The position numbers were made by a program, and so were the translations under genes. Shown here piece after piece: positions 13,809-26,245 of a stretch of 64,000 nt of DNA (positions are counted from its first letter, which is position 1; each line of letters opens with the position of its first letter). The notes under the pieces are model-generated. The model ran no database searches. It had not been told where the DNA came from and was given only the letters and a program-made list of their open reading frames with translations. This DNA comes from Macrostomum lignano (lineage: Eukaryota). The DNA lies in assembly GCA_002269645.1 (NCBI GenBank), contig NIVC01000505.1, positions 1 to 64,000 on the forward strand, read 5' to 3'.

Positions 13809-14317
13809 GCTTGAACGCTCTACACAAAGTCTACGGCAGCAACTCGTACGGTGGCATCAGCAACTCTTCGACTATACTAACCACGGGATTCGGTGGCAAC
13901 CTTGGGAGTCCCGGATACAACAATCCAAGCGCTACACCAAACGACCAGTTCCATGGCGGCTGTGGCGCCGGCTGGCTTGGTACGGCACACAATCCAAGGA
14001 GAAGCTCCAGCGACGGTGATAGTGGCGGCAGTCTGGCCAAAGGCTGGACTGGTGGTGTCTCTGGAGACGGCAACATCGGTGACGGCGGCTTCGGCGGCGG
14101 CGGCGGTAGCGGTGGCTTCGACAAGCCTAGCAAGTACGGAGCAGCCGGCGGCGGTGGTGGTTTCAGCGGAGGCGGGGCCGGGGTGAACAATATCGAGGCC
14201 GGAGGCGGCGGCGGCTCCTACTGCGGTGGTAGCCGCTGCGAGTTCGCTGAGGCTTCGCCCACAGAACATGGTCAAGTTGTGCTACAGCTTCTGACTCCGT
14301 TTGTGGATACTTGCTAG
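13809..14317 (+). CDS. Exon 3: ALK/LTK-type glycine-rich domain, C-terminal part; no TM or kinase
   Basis: Acceptor ctctag|GC. Reads GGCGAGW...GGFGGGGGSG...GGGGGFSGGGAG...AGGGGGSYC...HGQVVLQLL, then stop. Confidence 0.75.
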
Positions 14318-15234
14318 TTGGAAATTGAAGGTTTAGAATTCGCTTGCAAAACAAAAATTACTATAAAACACACTCAACCAGCATATATTCTAATCGACCT
14401 TTTCTGTTTATCACGTTTATACGAGTAAAGCTAACGATGATCCCAGTTGTTGACTGTCTCTAGTCTTTATCTCTGTCTCTTTTTTCAGCAAGTATTTATT
14501 AGAACATACTTCTACCGGTAACTATATGCATTCGGCTGGAGAAGTTAATGAGTCTTACATGTGTTTTACGAGGAACGTACCATAAACAGCGCAATAGTGG
14601 CTATTCTGTATTTATCAAACAATATAATTCAGATTGTAAGAAATAGACATTCTGGTCAGCTAATTCAAAACTAACTCGTACAAGTTTCTGATTTTTAAAG
14701 TTAATAAAATTAAAAACCAGCGGCTTTAGGGAAGTTGACAAATTTTGTTTTAACAAAACCATTTTTACATCCAAATAGCCACTACGAAACAAAGAAGCCC
14801 AAAATAGACTTCTTTGCGATTACTCTTTTAGTAGCAAGAAAAGCTTAATGGACTTCAAAACTTAACTTGATATGGTCCGAGATTCTGTATAAAAATCTAA
14901 TATCATCCAACTTTCGATTTGAATTTTTACTTTGAAATGTTAAATATATAATTTGCTGACGGAACTGGGACAAGGCTAAAAACTAATATACTTATATCTT
15001 ATGCTAATGGCTTTGTGCTAGAATACAGCTTCAGCTTCCATGAAAACAACAACACAGCAACAAAGTACACTGGATAGTCTCTAGTGTCACAGGGCGCGTC
15101 TCAAGGCCAGGGTGCGAACATAGGCTGCTCCCCCGGCAGAGTCCGGGGCGCCAGCGTCAGCCAGCAGACAGTCGACGAAATGCCGAGTGCGCGCCTGTCC
15201 TCGCCGGTAGGGTGCCTGCATCGTCAGCGGCAGC

Positions 15235-16400
15235 GTTAGCCATCAGAATTTCATGAAAAGCAAATTATGAGGCAACTGAGTGCAGTTCAGGGTCAGCTGT
15301 TTGCTGTCATTAAGTTTATTTTTAAGAGGTACTTACCGCTCCTTCTGGACACACATGGACTAAAGGCTTATCATGCAAAGACTCTGATGTTCTTTATGCT
15401 TGAGAAGCACAGAACTAGTTAGTACCTTAGCTTGGAAGTTCCAAAATTTGATCGTTCTACTAAAAGAGGCACTAGACATGATGGTGTCATAATGGACTCA
15501 AGCAGCTTACCTGATGAGTGCATGCCGCACTTTTTAACTTCTGACGTTCCATTCTACTTTAAGAATGCTGGAATCGGCCGTGACTTTGACAACACAAAAA
15601 CGAGGGTTCGAGACCGACTTAGCGAGCTTTGAAGAGATGTCAGTGAAGTGGTCGAGCAGCTAAGAAAACTCGTGAGACCGCTGCAGTCAGAGAAATTTTA
15701 CTTTTAGCCATTCACTCTGCTTCCACTGAGGACTTTATTTGATGTCGCTCAGATCAGAGAAGCAACTGATGAGGAGGAGCACTATTTAAAGTACGCTGAT
15801 GTATACAGGTTGGTCAACAATTGTATTAGTGAATTGCAGTCAGAGTCAAACAACAGAGACACTCTTCTAGATGCAAAGTCTCGTTGTTGGAGGCAGCTGA
15901 ATCTTTTGCACTCGCTGCAGTGGTGCCAGTGCGCCACCCTATGCTTGACCGCAATTGCGCATCTCAAATTTGGAGAATTTGAGCAGGCTGTGAACTTGTT
16001 AAAACAGCTTCAGATGCAGGATATTACACTAGGCTTGATGCCAAATGAAACTAAATGGATTCAATGGACAAGTCTACCCACTGAATCAGACTGGGCGTGG
16101 AGATTCTGCCTTCCTTGTGACTGTCCGCCTCTCTTCCCTTACCTACCTGAGTTTACTCAGACTCTGTTGACAGCGAGGTTATTGCAGCCTCGCTCCTCCC
16201 ATCTGTACGTGAACTTCCGCTGCCTGAGCTGGAGTCTTCAAGCGGAACTGCTGCACGATTGCTCACCGATCAATTTTGACCCGTGGTTGGATGAGTTGAA
16301 AGAAGACCCAGACTTGGAGGAGCTGCTCACTCTTGCCCACTAAAGCGACTGCCGCGACCACGTAGAGTTCTGTGTAGCGACAGATGACAGAGATCGGAGA
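15235..16400 (+). pseudogene. cGAS/Mab-21-like (cGLR) pseudogene, paralogue of the 26660-28086 exon
   Basis: Colinear with the intact paralogue: HEKQIMRQLSAVQGQLFAVIKFIFK...GLKAYHAKTLMFFMLEK; ECMPHFL...YFKNAG; PFTLLPL; DWAWRFCLP; HLYVNFRCLSWSLQAELL; EDPDLEELLTLAH*SDC. In-frame stops at ~15420, 15630, ~15705 and 16341, plus small indels. No GS/DxD exon seen. Confidence 0.85.
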
Positions 16401-17923
16401 TTAAAAACGCGTCGCCATGGACACTCAGGACTTTGAAAAGATTAAAAAGGCCAGTGAAAGACTAGAGAGGATCTACTGCACCCGTTTTTGACAAAGCACA
16501 AATGCTTTGGCACTTTTGACACTGCAATACCAAGGTTTTGACACTTTTACTCATAGGTGTGTTAGGAAATTGAAATTAGCTAATTGCTAATTTTGTCAAG
16601 GACTGAACGAGACTATTCGTGTATGTGTTTATGTTCTTTTACATATCCGATTGTAACTTTATTTTGTAAAATTTGATGGACAATTTTCATTTTAATATGA
16701 CCCATGATTTGTAAATTTTTCATTACTAAATGCTGCTGTGGCAAAGATGGGACAAAATACCGTACATAAAGTTGTAGCTCATTATGCTAGGGTACTTTAT
16801 ATTCTTTGTTTGCTATAGAACATATATATTAGTAGTAGCCTAAAATGTGATTGCCAATAAAATTTGACTTCCGAAAATTTAGGTTAGGGTTTATGTTAAG
16901 GTTATGGCTTGCACTAAGACCATCAGTCGATTTTTTGGCAGTCAATAATTAGTTTTTATGATTCCAATACTTGAATAAAATTTTAAGTCCTATGTCAATT
17001 GTTAGAATAAATGACAAATAATAATATTAATAAATAATAATAGCTGTCGATAATTTCCAAGCAGTCTTAACGTGGAGAAAGAATCTCACCAGCTAATCAT
17101 GATGAAGATTCATTATACTGGATTTTCACGAAACAGAGAGTTTGGTATAGTCGTGGATATGCACACTCTATTGTACCTCGTAGGCCAAAAAGGTATATGG
17201 ATCCACGAGTGAGCTAATTTTAATTCAAGCATTTTCATTTCTCTTTGGTCCCCCCTTTTTATGCTGATTTTATAAATGCCACACCAGTAGATCAATTTAA
17301 AAGCAATCAGATCAGACCTGGTTTGAAAATCGGTAAATAGCCCGGCCGGAAAATTTCATGCGCTGTGTGGTGCAATATTTTACTTTTATCAACGCAAGAA
17401 AAGTCTCGTTATTTAGTTTTAAAAGCCCCGCTTGCTTTGGACGTACAAGCATTACTACTTACAGTAGAATCTTGCTAGTGGTGTGTAATTTTTAGTTTTC
17501 TACTCACAAGTTAATTTATAGAAACTGCAAGATCTTATCACTGATCGAACTCAGCAACAACAACAGCAACATGATTCACAAGGCAGATTCCTGGTCGGTT
17601 GGCGTTAGAAAGCAGTGAGCAGGCAAGGCATTTGCGCGCCTGCCCTCGCCGAAGCGGTACCTGTAACGCAGCAGCAGCAACTGTTGCACTGGCTTTAAGC
17701 AGCACTGTACACTGTAATTTTGTAATGCATTTCTGTCCAGCCTCTGTTTCTGAAAACGGTTCTATTTAGGGTAGACAGGTATGTACGCTCTTACTTCACG
17801 TATGAGATACTAGTATAGTGAGAGACTTAAATAGGCATATAAAAGCCCGAGACGACCCACTTTTTATTCTACTTTTCTCACCCGCCTGATAGCTAGCAGC
17901 AGCTTTCTTGAAACAATTCGAGC

Positions 17924-19374
17924 ATGGCCTACCAAATTTCGATGCAAAAATCGCTCGCGGCAGCTGCCATTCGAGCCAAAGACTCGCGTCGACTTCTACC
18001 GATCTGCCAAGAGATGAAGTCGAATTTCATTCTCACTATCGACCGTTTCGAACAGTCGGTGGCTCACCATATTGCGTGCTTGCCTAAAAACTGTCTCTGC
18101 TGCCTTGAGGCTCTTACTTCTAGGCTTGGACCCGACTGCCTCACCTGCTTGAACAAATTAAACAATACTCCGGTGCATCTAGCCGCTCTATACCAAGACG
18201 AGTCGTGGATGAGGTTTGCCCACCAACTCGTTGGAAGTGACTGCTTCTATCAGACGGGCAACAACGGTCGCAACGCTTTTCACAATGCCGCCTTAAATGA
18301 AGTGACAAATTCTGTTCTTAAGTGGCTTGTTGAGCAATGCGGTGTCGATTGTTTATCTGTTCGCGACCAATTCGGCAATACTCCAATACATCTCGCCGCT
18401 TTGAAGCAGGATGAGGATTCATTGCATCTCTTCCAGACAATCCTAGGATGCGACTGCTTTAGTCAGTCTAATAGCAGCAACCAGAATGCTGTTCACTTTG
18501 CTGCTATGAATGTACGGCAAAGTTCTTCCCTCAAAATGTTGGTCTCACTTCTTGGTTCGTCCTGCTTATTGACTAAAGACTCAAATGATGCGACCCCTGT
18601 CCATTTGGCTGCTCAATATCAAGATGTGGACTCGCTCCGCTTCATCTTCAATTCATTGGATTGCTCAGCATTCAATCTCGTCGATGTTAGCGGAAAGACT
18701 TTGGCCGACTATGCGCAAGAAAACACTCTGCACGGGGAGCAGATACTGCAGTTAATCGTTGAAATAAAGGAAACACAGTCGGAGCAGCAGTCCGAACCGA
18801 TACAAGAGATGGCCTGCTTGCAAATGCAGAAGCAAACGGAGCAGCAGCAGCAAGAAGAACAGCAGCAAGAAAAACAGGAGGAGCAGCAGGAGCAGAAACA
18901 GGATGAGCAGCAGGAGCAAAAACAGGAGGAGCAGCAGGAGCAGAAACAGGAGGAGCAGCAGGAGCAAAAACAGGAGGAGCAGCAGGAGCAAAAACAGGAG
19001 GAGCAGCAGGAGCAAAAACAGGAGGAGCAGCAGGAGCAGAAACAGGAGGAGCAGCAGGAGCAGGAGCAAAAACAGCAGGAGCAGCAGCAGGAGCAAAAAC
19101 AGGATGAGCAGCAGGAGCAAAAACAGGAGGAGCAGCAGGAGCAGAAACAGGAGGAGCAGCAGGAGCAAAAACAGGAGGAGCAGCAGGAGCAGGAGCAAAA
19201 ACAGGAGGAGCAGCAGGAGCAGAAACAGGAGGAGCAGCAGGAGCAGGAGCAAAAACAGCAGGAGCAGCAGCAGGAGCAAAAACAAGAGGAGCAGCAGGAG
19301 CAGAAACAGGAGGAGCAGCAATATGAAGCCAAAGAAGACCGGAGTCCTGCGTCCAATCGGAACTCCTTAGTTAG
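17924..19374 (+). CDS. Exon 1 of an ankyrin-repeat / Q-E-repeat / Ser-Thr kinase gene
   Basis: About 6 ankyrin repeats (NNTPVHLAA, GRNAFHNAA, GNTPIHLAA, NQNAVHFAA, DATPVHLAA, GKTLADYA), then a KQEEQQEQ repeat. Donor AG|gtttgt at 19374/19375 is phase-matched to 19517. Confidence 0.85.
18839..19320 (+). repeat. Coding 24-bp tandem repeat (KQEEQQEQ)n, ~20 units
   Basis: Visible AAACAGGAGGAGCAGCAGGAGCA(A/G) units within the 17924 reading frame. Confidence 0.95.
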
Positions 19375-19516
19375 GTTTGTACTCGTATTTGGTGTGTACT
19401 GAAAATGCAACCAATAACGCATATTACAGATGCGTTACAAGTTCAGAAGAAAATTTGCTGTAAATAAGTTTTTTCATGAACAAGCCTAAATAATTCCGTT
19501 TTACATATTTATTCAG

Positions 19517-19907
19517 ACGCAAGCTTCCACTGGACCCAGATTTCACGAATTGGGACTTCCTCTACGACGACGAAGGCAATAAGCAACAAATTGGCGAAGG
19601 CGGATTCGGCCAGGTGTTCAAAGTCTTCACCGACAAGCGGCAAACTGTGGCCGTCAAGATTGTTCAGCTGGAAATTGTGGGCAACCTGAAGCTTCTAGAC
19701 CAAGCGGTTGAACAGGAGAACGCGGAGATTGCTGTTCTGAGAAGCATTCGGCATCCAAACATTCTGAAGTTTCTCAAGTCTCAGCGCACCAGGAACCACA
19801 AGTTGTGCATCTTTACAGAGCTCATCGCCGGCCATAGTCTCACTGATCTGATGCGACGTCAGCGGAAACCGTTTGATGAATGCGCCATCAGGGATTTTTC
19901 TATGCAG
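19517..19907 (+). CDS. Exon 2: kinase N-lobe
   Basis: Acceptor attcag|A. Contains IGEGGFGQVFK, VAVK, EIAVLRSIRHPNILKF and IFTELIAGHSL. Donor CAG|gtgggt. Confidence 0.92.
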
Positions 19908-20262
19908 GTGGGTATCATACTAAAAATATGAATTAGCATTCTCGGAGAGTGGCGAATAGTAAACGCGTTAGGGATTCGATTCGGTGGTTAATTTGCTTTC
20001 AAATTAGCAAATTTGGAATCCACCCGTGGCTACGGGCTACGAAGGCTACGAAGTTTTTACCTTTTTACGGATTTGAGCGAAAATGGGGGCCTTGCCGTTT
20101 AAAACAGTGTGTACAGTATAACGGTTGCTGCGCCTAAGGATGTACGCGTCATTATCATCTGGCTGTGGGCATCTCCTGCAAGCTAGATGTAGTTATCTAA
20201 ACTGTCTTCTAAAGCATAAATCCTTGCTCTACTTTTAAAACTATTACACTGTAAATTTACAG

Positions 20263-20742
20263 ATTTGCATCGCTCTCAACTACCTGCACAGTCGTAATCC
20301 CGTGACGCTGCACCGGGACATCAAGTGCAGCAATATCATGCTGAGTAATAAAGGCATCATTAAACTGATCGATTTCGGCCTCGCCAAGGAGATCTTTCAC
20401 AGCATTGGTAGCACTAAAAGTCTCAGCGGCACCGTCAACTTCATGGCTCCAGAGCTGTTCAACGAGGAAGGCAAAACTGTGTACTCACCCAAATCGGACG
20501 TATGGGCGTTTGGCTGCACAATATACGAAATGCTAACGATGGAGCCGCCAAACTCAGAGCTGGGTTGGCAGCAAGTCGGATTCCGAATCCAGAAAAATCC
20601 TATGCCAGATCTCCCAAATGGTGTCTCCGACAGTCTGAGGGATTTTTACCGTCGCTGCGTTGTGAGGAATCCTAAGAGTCGAGCTGATACCGACGAACTT
20701 CTGGAGCACATGTTTCTACCTAAGGTAGATTGCCAGCGATAA
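20263..20742 (+). CDS. Exon 3: kinase C-lobe (STE/MAP3K-like)
   Basis: Acceptor tttacag|ATT. Contains [25 protein letters not shown] and SDVWAFGCT. Joined CDS 1451+391+480 = 2322 nt, in frame (773 aa). Confidence 0.92.
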   Translation: MCIALNYLHSRNPVTLHRDIKCSNIMLSNKGIIKLIDFGLAKEIFHSIGSTKSLSGTVNFMAPELFNEEGKTVYSPKSDVWAFGCTIYEMLTMEPPNSELGWQQVGFRIQKNPMPDLPNGVSDSLRDFYRRCVVRNPKSRADTDELLEHMFLPKVDCQR

Positions 20743-21074
20743 AGGACAAGTAGCTACGTTTACAAGTATAATGGAGGCCGTTTGAACTTAAAAGTTTTAA
20801 CAATCAACTAAAATGGTCTATTGTCCGTAGCCAATATTATTATTTTTGCTGAAAATTTTCTACAGTTTATCATTTTGTGAACATTTTTTTATGTACTAAT
20901 GTTTATTTACTTTTTTGTTAAATCTTTTTTAAGTAGCTGGTCTTAGTGTCGTTAAACGCAAAATAGCTATATATTTTTCTCGACCATTGTTGCTTAGACA
21001 AGTCCAACGTTACCACTGTAGCTATTATAAAATGATTCAAATGTTTTTTTTTGATAGATTCTGAAACTTCCAGT

Positions 21075-21076
<2 letters not shown>

Positions 21077-21127
<51 letters not shown>

Positions 21128-21140
21128 CCTCCCTCTCTCT
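21077..21140. repeat. (CT)n microsatellite
   Basis: Directly visible. Confidence 0.95.
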
Positions 21141-22164
21141 ATCTCTTTCTTGCTAGAAAAGAGCATGAAAGATAAGAATCGCAAGCTAAGGAGCTCCAGA
21201 ACAATAATGGAGTCTGTTTGGCTGTTGCTTCTATTATGCATTCGGTTTGTTTTGTATTTCAACGGTATGCCGAACCGTGCGCACTACTAGTACCAGGTAT
21301 CATGCAAACTCCTATAGCTACGTGGCTATGCCAGATTGTTGCAATGCTTCGGGCCGGGGTCTTGGATTCACAGGACAAAACTTTATTTAGACAGCCATTA
21401 AATCCGTCAAAGGCTTCTTTCGCGACTACAGCTTCTTATTGTTGCATGAGAGGCTACAATACGTTTTGTACGCCAGAGTTTTGGTCTAGAAGCCAAATTT
21501 CAAGACATTAGATATAGCTCATTTGCTTGCTACACCAATGCTACTTTTAGTAGTCTGTGTTGAATTCGATCTAAACAACATTCGTGTTTAGTTATAGTAT
21601 ATTAGGAATGTTAATTAACACACTAAAATCAATATATTGCTCAATATAACACTCAATATAATGCTAATTCTTTACTGCTATAATATAATAAAATATAATG
21701 CTAACTATATTCTACCATTTAGAAAAGAAAAATTTTACTTCTTGCAAATGTCATCAGAAGCGTAATATTATTTCTGGACTAGATAATCTACGATCATGTT
21801 CAAGCAAATGTAACATGCACTACAGTTGAAGACACTAAAACAGAATCATTTTTTAAATAGCGAAAATAGAACACTCACAAAAGTCAGAGATACTAAGGTA
21901 TCTCTTATATCTCAGAGGTAAGGTATAATAACTAACTGTGTCGCTCACGAAAAATGCAGAACCATTTAATTTTCTTCTTTATCCTGTTTTGCCCACTCCA
22001 GACTGGCGCAGACTCGAATTTTATTGAAAAATAAAATCTGCTAATTACATCGACAAGCTGTAAGATATTACACATACAGTTATACGCTCGTATGAGGAAA
22101 TAAGTGTACCCATTCTACGAGCGTATAGATGTTGCGAGCAGCTAGCTCGTACAGGTCCTATAGC

Positions 22165-22315
22165 TAAGAGAGGACACCGCGAGAGAGACGAGCAGCTAGG
22201 TAGAATTTGAAAGGTAGAAAAATCAGCTAATCTGCATGGAGATTAAACTAATCCGTCGCCACCAACCCGTACGAATTGAGTTTTCTGATTTGAAGGGGCT
22301 GCCCTGCCAACTACA
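22165..22315 (+). repeat. Diverged dispersed repeat shared with ~32840-33000
   Basis: gagagga...gcgagaga...agaattt..aaggtag...gctaatc.gc...agatta.actaa.ccg.cgccacca.c...gaaggggct aligns between the two sites. Confidence 0.6.
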
Positions 22316-23504
22316 TGTACAATAGTGTCTTTCAGCTGTCAATCTCAAACGCATGTGGACTCCAACCTTTAGCTTAGCTGCACGTCTGAGCTCGCGTTGA
22401 GCTCGCAAAGAAATAAAGTAAAACAAATTATCTGAGTTGCCTTCTCACTATACTCAAGTTGACCCAGAGTGAACAAGCTACTGCGTCTCTTACTCTCTTA
22501 GTACAAAACGCTGGATTTCTTCCTAAAAAAATTCAGCTCATGAAAACAAGCAAGCAAAGAGCAACACCCAATCAAAGTACAGAAGCAGTGCCACATAAAA
22601 GAGTACTCTCAGTTAAGCGGGTTCAAGTAGCCTCTTTTCCAACCAATCAGATGCTAGAGACTGCCAGTGATCAAGGAATCCTAAGCACCAGACAGGTCAC
22701 TGAAGATGGTGTCTTCCAGTTTTATGTCGCTAAACGGGGAGGCGACGTCACGATTCCGTCACGATTCCCCAGAAGGGAAATCAGCAAGTTGGGGAAGGGG
22801 ATCGCGGGGTTCTCCAGCCAGTCTTTCATGTAGTTAATCCAAATATGTATCAAGAAGCCTAAGGGATTTTGCAAAATCAAGGACTACCAGACTAGAATTG
22901 TTCCTAGTGGTCCTTGTGCAAAATACTAGCTAGAATTTCGAATTTGCGAACTACATTTCTACATGTACTAGAATCCAGAATTAATGCAGAAACAGTGCAG
23001 AAATTTAAATAATTTTGCCTATGTATGTGTACATCGAAAGCGCGCATAATTTTAATGTGACATTTTCTGTATTCAAATTTTATCGATCATGACACTGGCA
23101 GAGTTTTCGATTGCAGCTATTAGTAATACGACGTTGAATGCGCTAACTAAATAAAAATGATAAAGATCAAATGTTAAATATTATTAAGTTCCTTTCGTCA
23201 TTAAGTCATTATGAACTTTTCCTTTTGCTGAAACAGCGGCGTACTGAAGCCCGGAGGAGTAACTGCGTAGTTACGGCGAAGTTACCGCGGAGTAACCACT
23301 GAATTACCTTGGATTTACCTGGGAATTACCTCGATTTTACGCATATTTCTTATAAATTGTCAGGGTGGGCTCTAAAGCTTTATACTCGTACAAGCAGGCT
23401 CGGTTTTAATCTACCTGCAAGTGTCCAAGCTTACAATTATTTGCAAACCAAGTCTCCTTTTTGTTTGGCACAGCTGCTACGACTGTAGCACACGCGGTGA
23501 GTAG

Positions 23505-24281
23505 TTGCATATACGACACGCTTCGATTAAACTTCATACGTTCGTAAATAAAGTGCCTGAAAACCTGACAAGTGCGCTTGACGATTGTCCAAAAGGAGTG
23601 GATGCCTTTCTGATTGTCCTGAGATACGATGTCAGGGCGACTGAGGAAGAACTAAATGCTGCCAATGATGCAGTAAAATGTTTTGGCCCAAAAGCCTTTA
23701 AAAGAGCGATCATTGTCTTCACGCATTGTGAAAAGCTTAATGGCGACAAGAGAGGCTTTCAAGAATATCTGAAAAATAAACTATGCCCTGCGATTCCCAA
23801 GTTCAGAGAGCTGCTGTCGAAAGTGGGCGATAGGGTCACCATGCTGAGTAATGACAAGAGCGCTGCCAACTTCGAGTTAAGACAGCAGCAGATCAATGAC
23901 CTGTTAGAACTAATCGATGAAGTTGCACAGCACAACAAAAAGCGCTTCAAAAAAACGGATCAGGAAACTGAGTCAGATGCGCAAAACCAGATGGTGATGA
24001 TTTCTGACGCTCTTCGCCAGACCCAGCAACTGCAAGTGGCACAGCAGTCGCAGATCCAACAAATGCAACAAATGTTGATGATTAAGATGATGCTGGAAAT
24101 GCACGCTCGTGAGTTCGGTATGGCAATGGAGGTACAACGCATGAGAATGCGAGAAACATTGGAACAGGAGCTAAGAAATCAAAGGTTGGAAATGCAATAT
24201 CAGCAACGAAGGGAAATCGAAGTCCACGTACATGAAAGAGAGAGAGAGAGGGCGACTGCTCTATTCTATAATCGATTTTAG
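23505..24281 (+). CDS. AIG1/GIMAP-family GTPase-like ORF (C-terminal half of the G domain + Q/E/R-rich coiled coil); P-loop not found
   Basis: CPKGVDAFLIVLRYDVRATEEE...FGPKAFKRAIIVFTHCEKL...FRELLSKVGDRV...QINDLLELIDEV matches the AIG1 C-terminal half. A degenerate IYDT (G3-like) lies in another frame at ~23510. Confidence 0.7.
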   Translation: MHIRHASIKLHTFVNKVPENLTSALDDCPKGVDAFLIVLRYDVRATEEELNAANDAVKCFGPKAFKRAIIVFTHCEKLNGDKRGFQEYLKNKLCPAIPKFRELLSKVGDRVTMLSNDKSAANFELRQQQINDLLELIDEVAQHNKKRFKKTDQETESDAQNQMVMISDALRQTQQLQVAQQSQIQQMQQMLMIKMMLEMHAREFGMAMEVQRMRMRETLEQELRNQRLEMQYQQRREIEVHVHERERERATALFYNRF

Positions 24282-26077
24282 AAGACTAAAGATCGACTTC
24301 ATTTAAAAGTCCAAAGTCACAATTTCTAAACAGCCCTAAATCATATATTTTTCAGGTGATTCAAAAGTAGTCGGACGTATACTCGATTGCACTTTTCCAG
24401 CCCTTTGTCTATTTTAGTATTTTCATCTAGTGAAGCGATGTTTACCTTATCGCTGCATCCCTTCTGTACTGATTGTAATGAAACGTTAATAAAAGTGTCA
24501 CCCCATTGTAGTGTAACCCAGTAGCGGATTTACGTTTTACGATTTTTACCATATGTATCTATAAATAGAAGAATTAATCACATTAAGATCTAAATGATTC
24601 CACTGGTAGTAATTTCTTTTATTGTGATTAATGTGTGATTTTTATTTATCATAATCATTTAAATAACTTTGTTATCTCGAATTTATATTCATGGAAGCGT
24701 TAACCTGATTTTATACTAGCTGTTTTACAGACTCAAGGCTTGCCTCGCCAAACTAAATAGCTAGTCTGAGTCATTACAGGAATTAAAGGAAAAGTTACGT
24801 TTCTATATTGACTTTTAATGACGCTGCGCAGACAAACTATTGAAAAGGAGAAGACGCTTTGATTTTTCTCAAATTTATTTGAGTGACATATCTCCCGATA
24901 ACATCTAATCTAGTAGCTGTCGCTAAAGTGTGACGGGGTTGACTTAGTTGTGAAATGGTGATTGTTTTTACTGTCAGTAGACTAATACGTAAATGTATCC
25001 TATTATGTGTAACTTGTGTGTACATTCTTACAATCGGCTTTTATATATCAGCAAGTGATAAATTTCTAGCCAATCGATTATCTTGCCCAGCGCCCACGTA
25101 AACTATCAACCAATCATAATTCGCTGCTACTATCTATCGCTTTGGTCTTTTTTTAATAACTTGTTTTCTCGTCGCTACTCTAAGAAACTTGGCCTACTCA
25201 GCAAGCTAATTATAATCACTTTCTTGGACAGCTAAATTCATATATATTCTGCTATATTCGTTTTTGAGTGCCAAGGTCTGCTACTCTGCGACAGATTTAA
25301 TACATCACAAAAGTATGCATTCAAATAAAAATTGTCTAGTTACTTGTAACAGTTTGTTTAAATCACGCAAATAGAAAGCAGTAGAATTACATGTACATGT
25401 ACGAACTAAATGGAATATATTCGTGAATAAATAAGAACCACTTCAGTAATATCAATTCAATAGCAGAATCAAATTAAACATACTGCACAGTCAATTAAAG
25501 CGATTAGCTTCAAGATTATAAACAATCAGTAATCCACAGATAATATAACCCTAGATATAGTTACTCTTGTTTAGATTTTTGCAACTATACTCTTTGGTTA
25601 GTAGCGTGAACGAACATGGATGCCTCAAACGATCTAAAAATAGGTAGCAAAAGTGATGTATTGTCGTTTTCGTGTCAGCTTAGTCACGAAATCACCCCTT
25701 ACCATGTAAGGTTTCAAAATCTAAGTTGAGTGCAATCCCATTTATGGTCAAAACGAAGGAACTTGAGGGCTTAAGAGTTGGAGCTTTAATAACAGGTTGA
25801 TAACTGTTTCATTTATAAGCAAAACACCTGTATGACAACAACTCCATAGCAGTGCCTTGCGTCAAAATTCATTTTTGGAGCAACTAGCATTTTTTCTGGC
25901 CATGCGCACGCTGATGCTCACCCAAAGAGTAGACACTTTTTTGAGCCATAGACTATACCACAAAAATGGTTTAACTCAATGCAGAGTGAAATATCTAGTG
26001 TTTTATTATCTGTGGTATAATCATCCATGAATTCGAATTACTGTAAACGATTAGCCAAGTAAAAGTATGAAGCCACA

Positions 26078-26245
26078 CTGGATAAATAATCAGCGGTCCC
26101 AGTGCGTGACAACGATTGTCTGGCGACCGCCGATTCTTTGCATTGTTTTTCTGTTTGACGATCCTACAGACAATGCATTGTTTGTAGTAATATATTGTTC
26201 TGCATTAAAAATGTGAATAATGATCGTCAAATTGCTAAACAATGC
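26078..26245 (-). repeat. Dispersed ~175-bp repeat (copy 2, inverted relative to 507-683)
   Basis: Reverse complement matches 507-683, except for an internal deletion that removes most of one hairpin arm. Confidence 0.85.

Noticed and set aside
18709-19422. Cys-rich (metallothionein/keratin-like), poly-Leu and SR-rich ORFs
   Set aside because: Alternative-frame and antisense shadows of the coding KQEEQQEQ repeat.
22459-22833. 124-aa ORF as the missing AIG1 N-terminus
   Set aside because: No P-loop or other recognisable motif.
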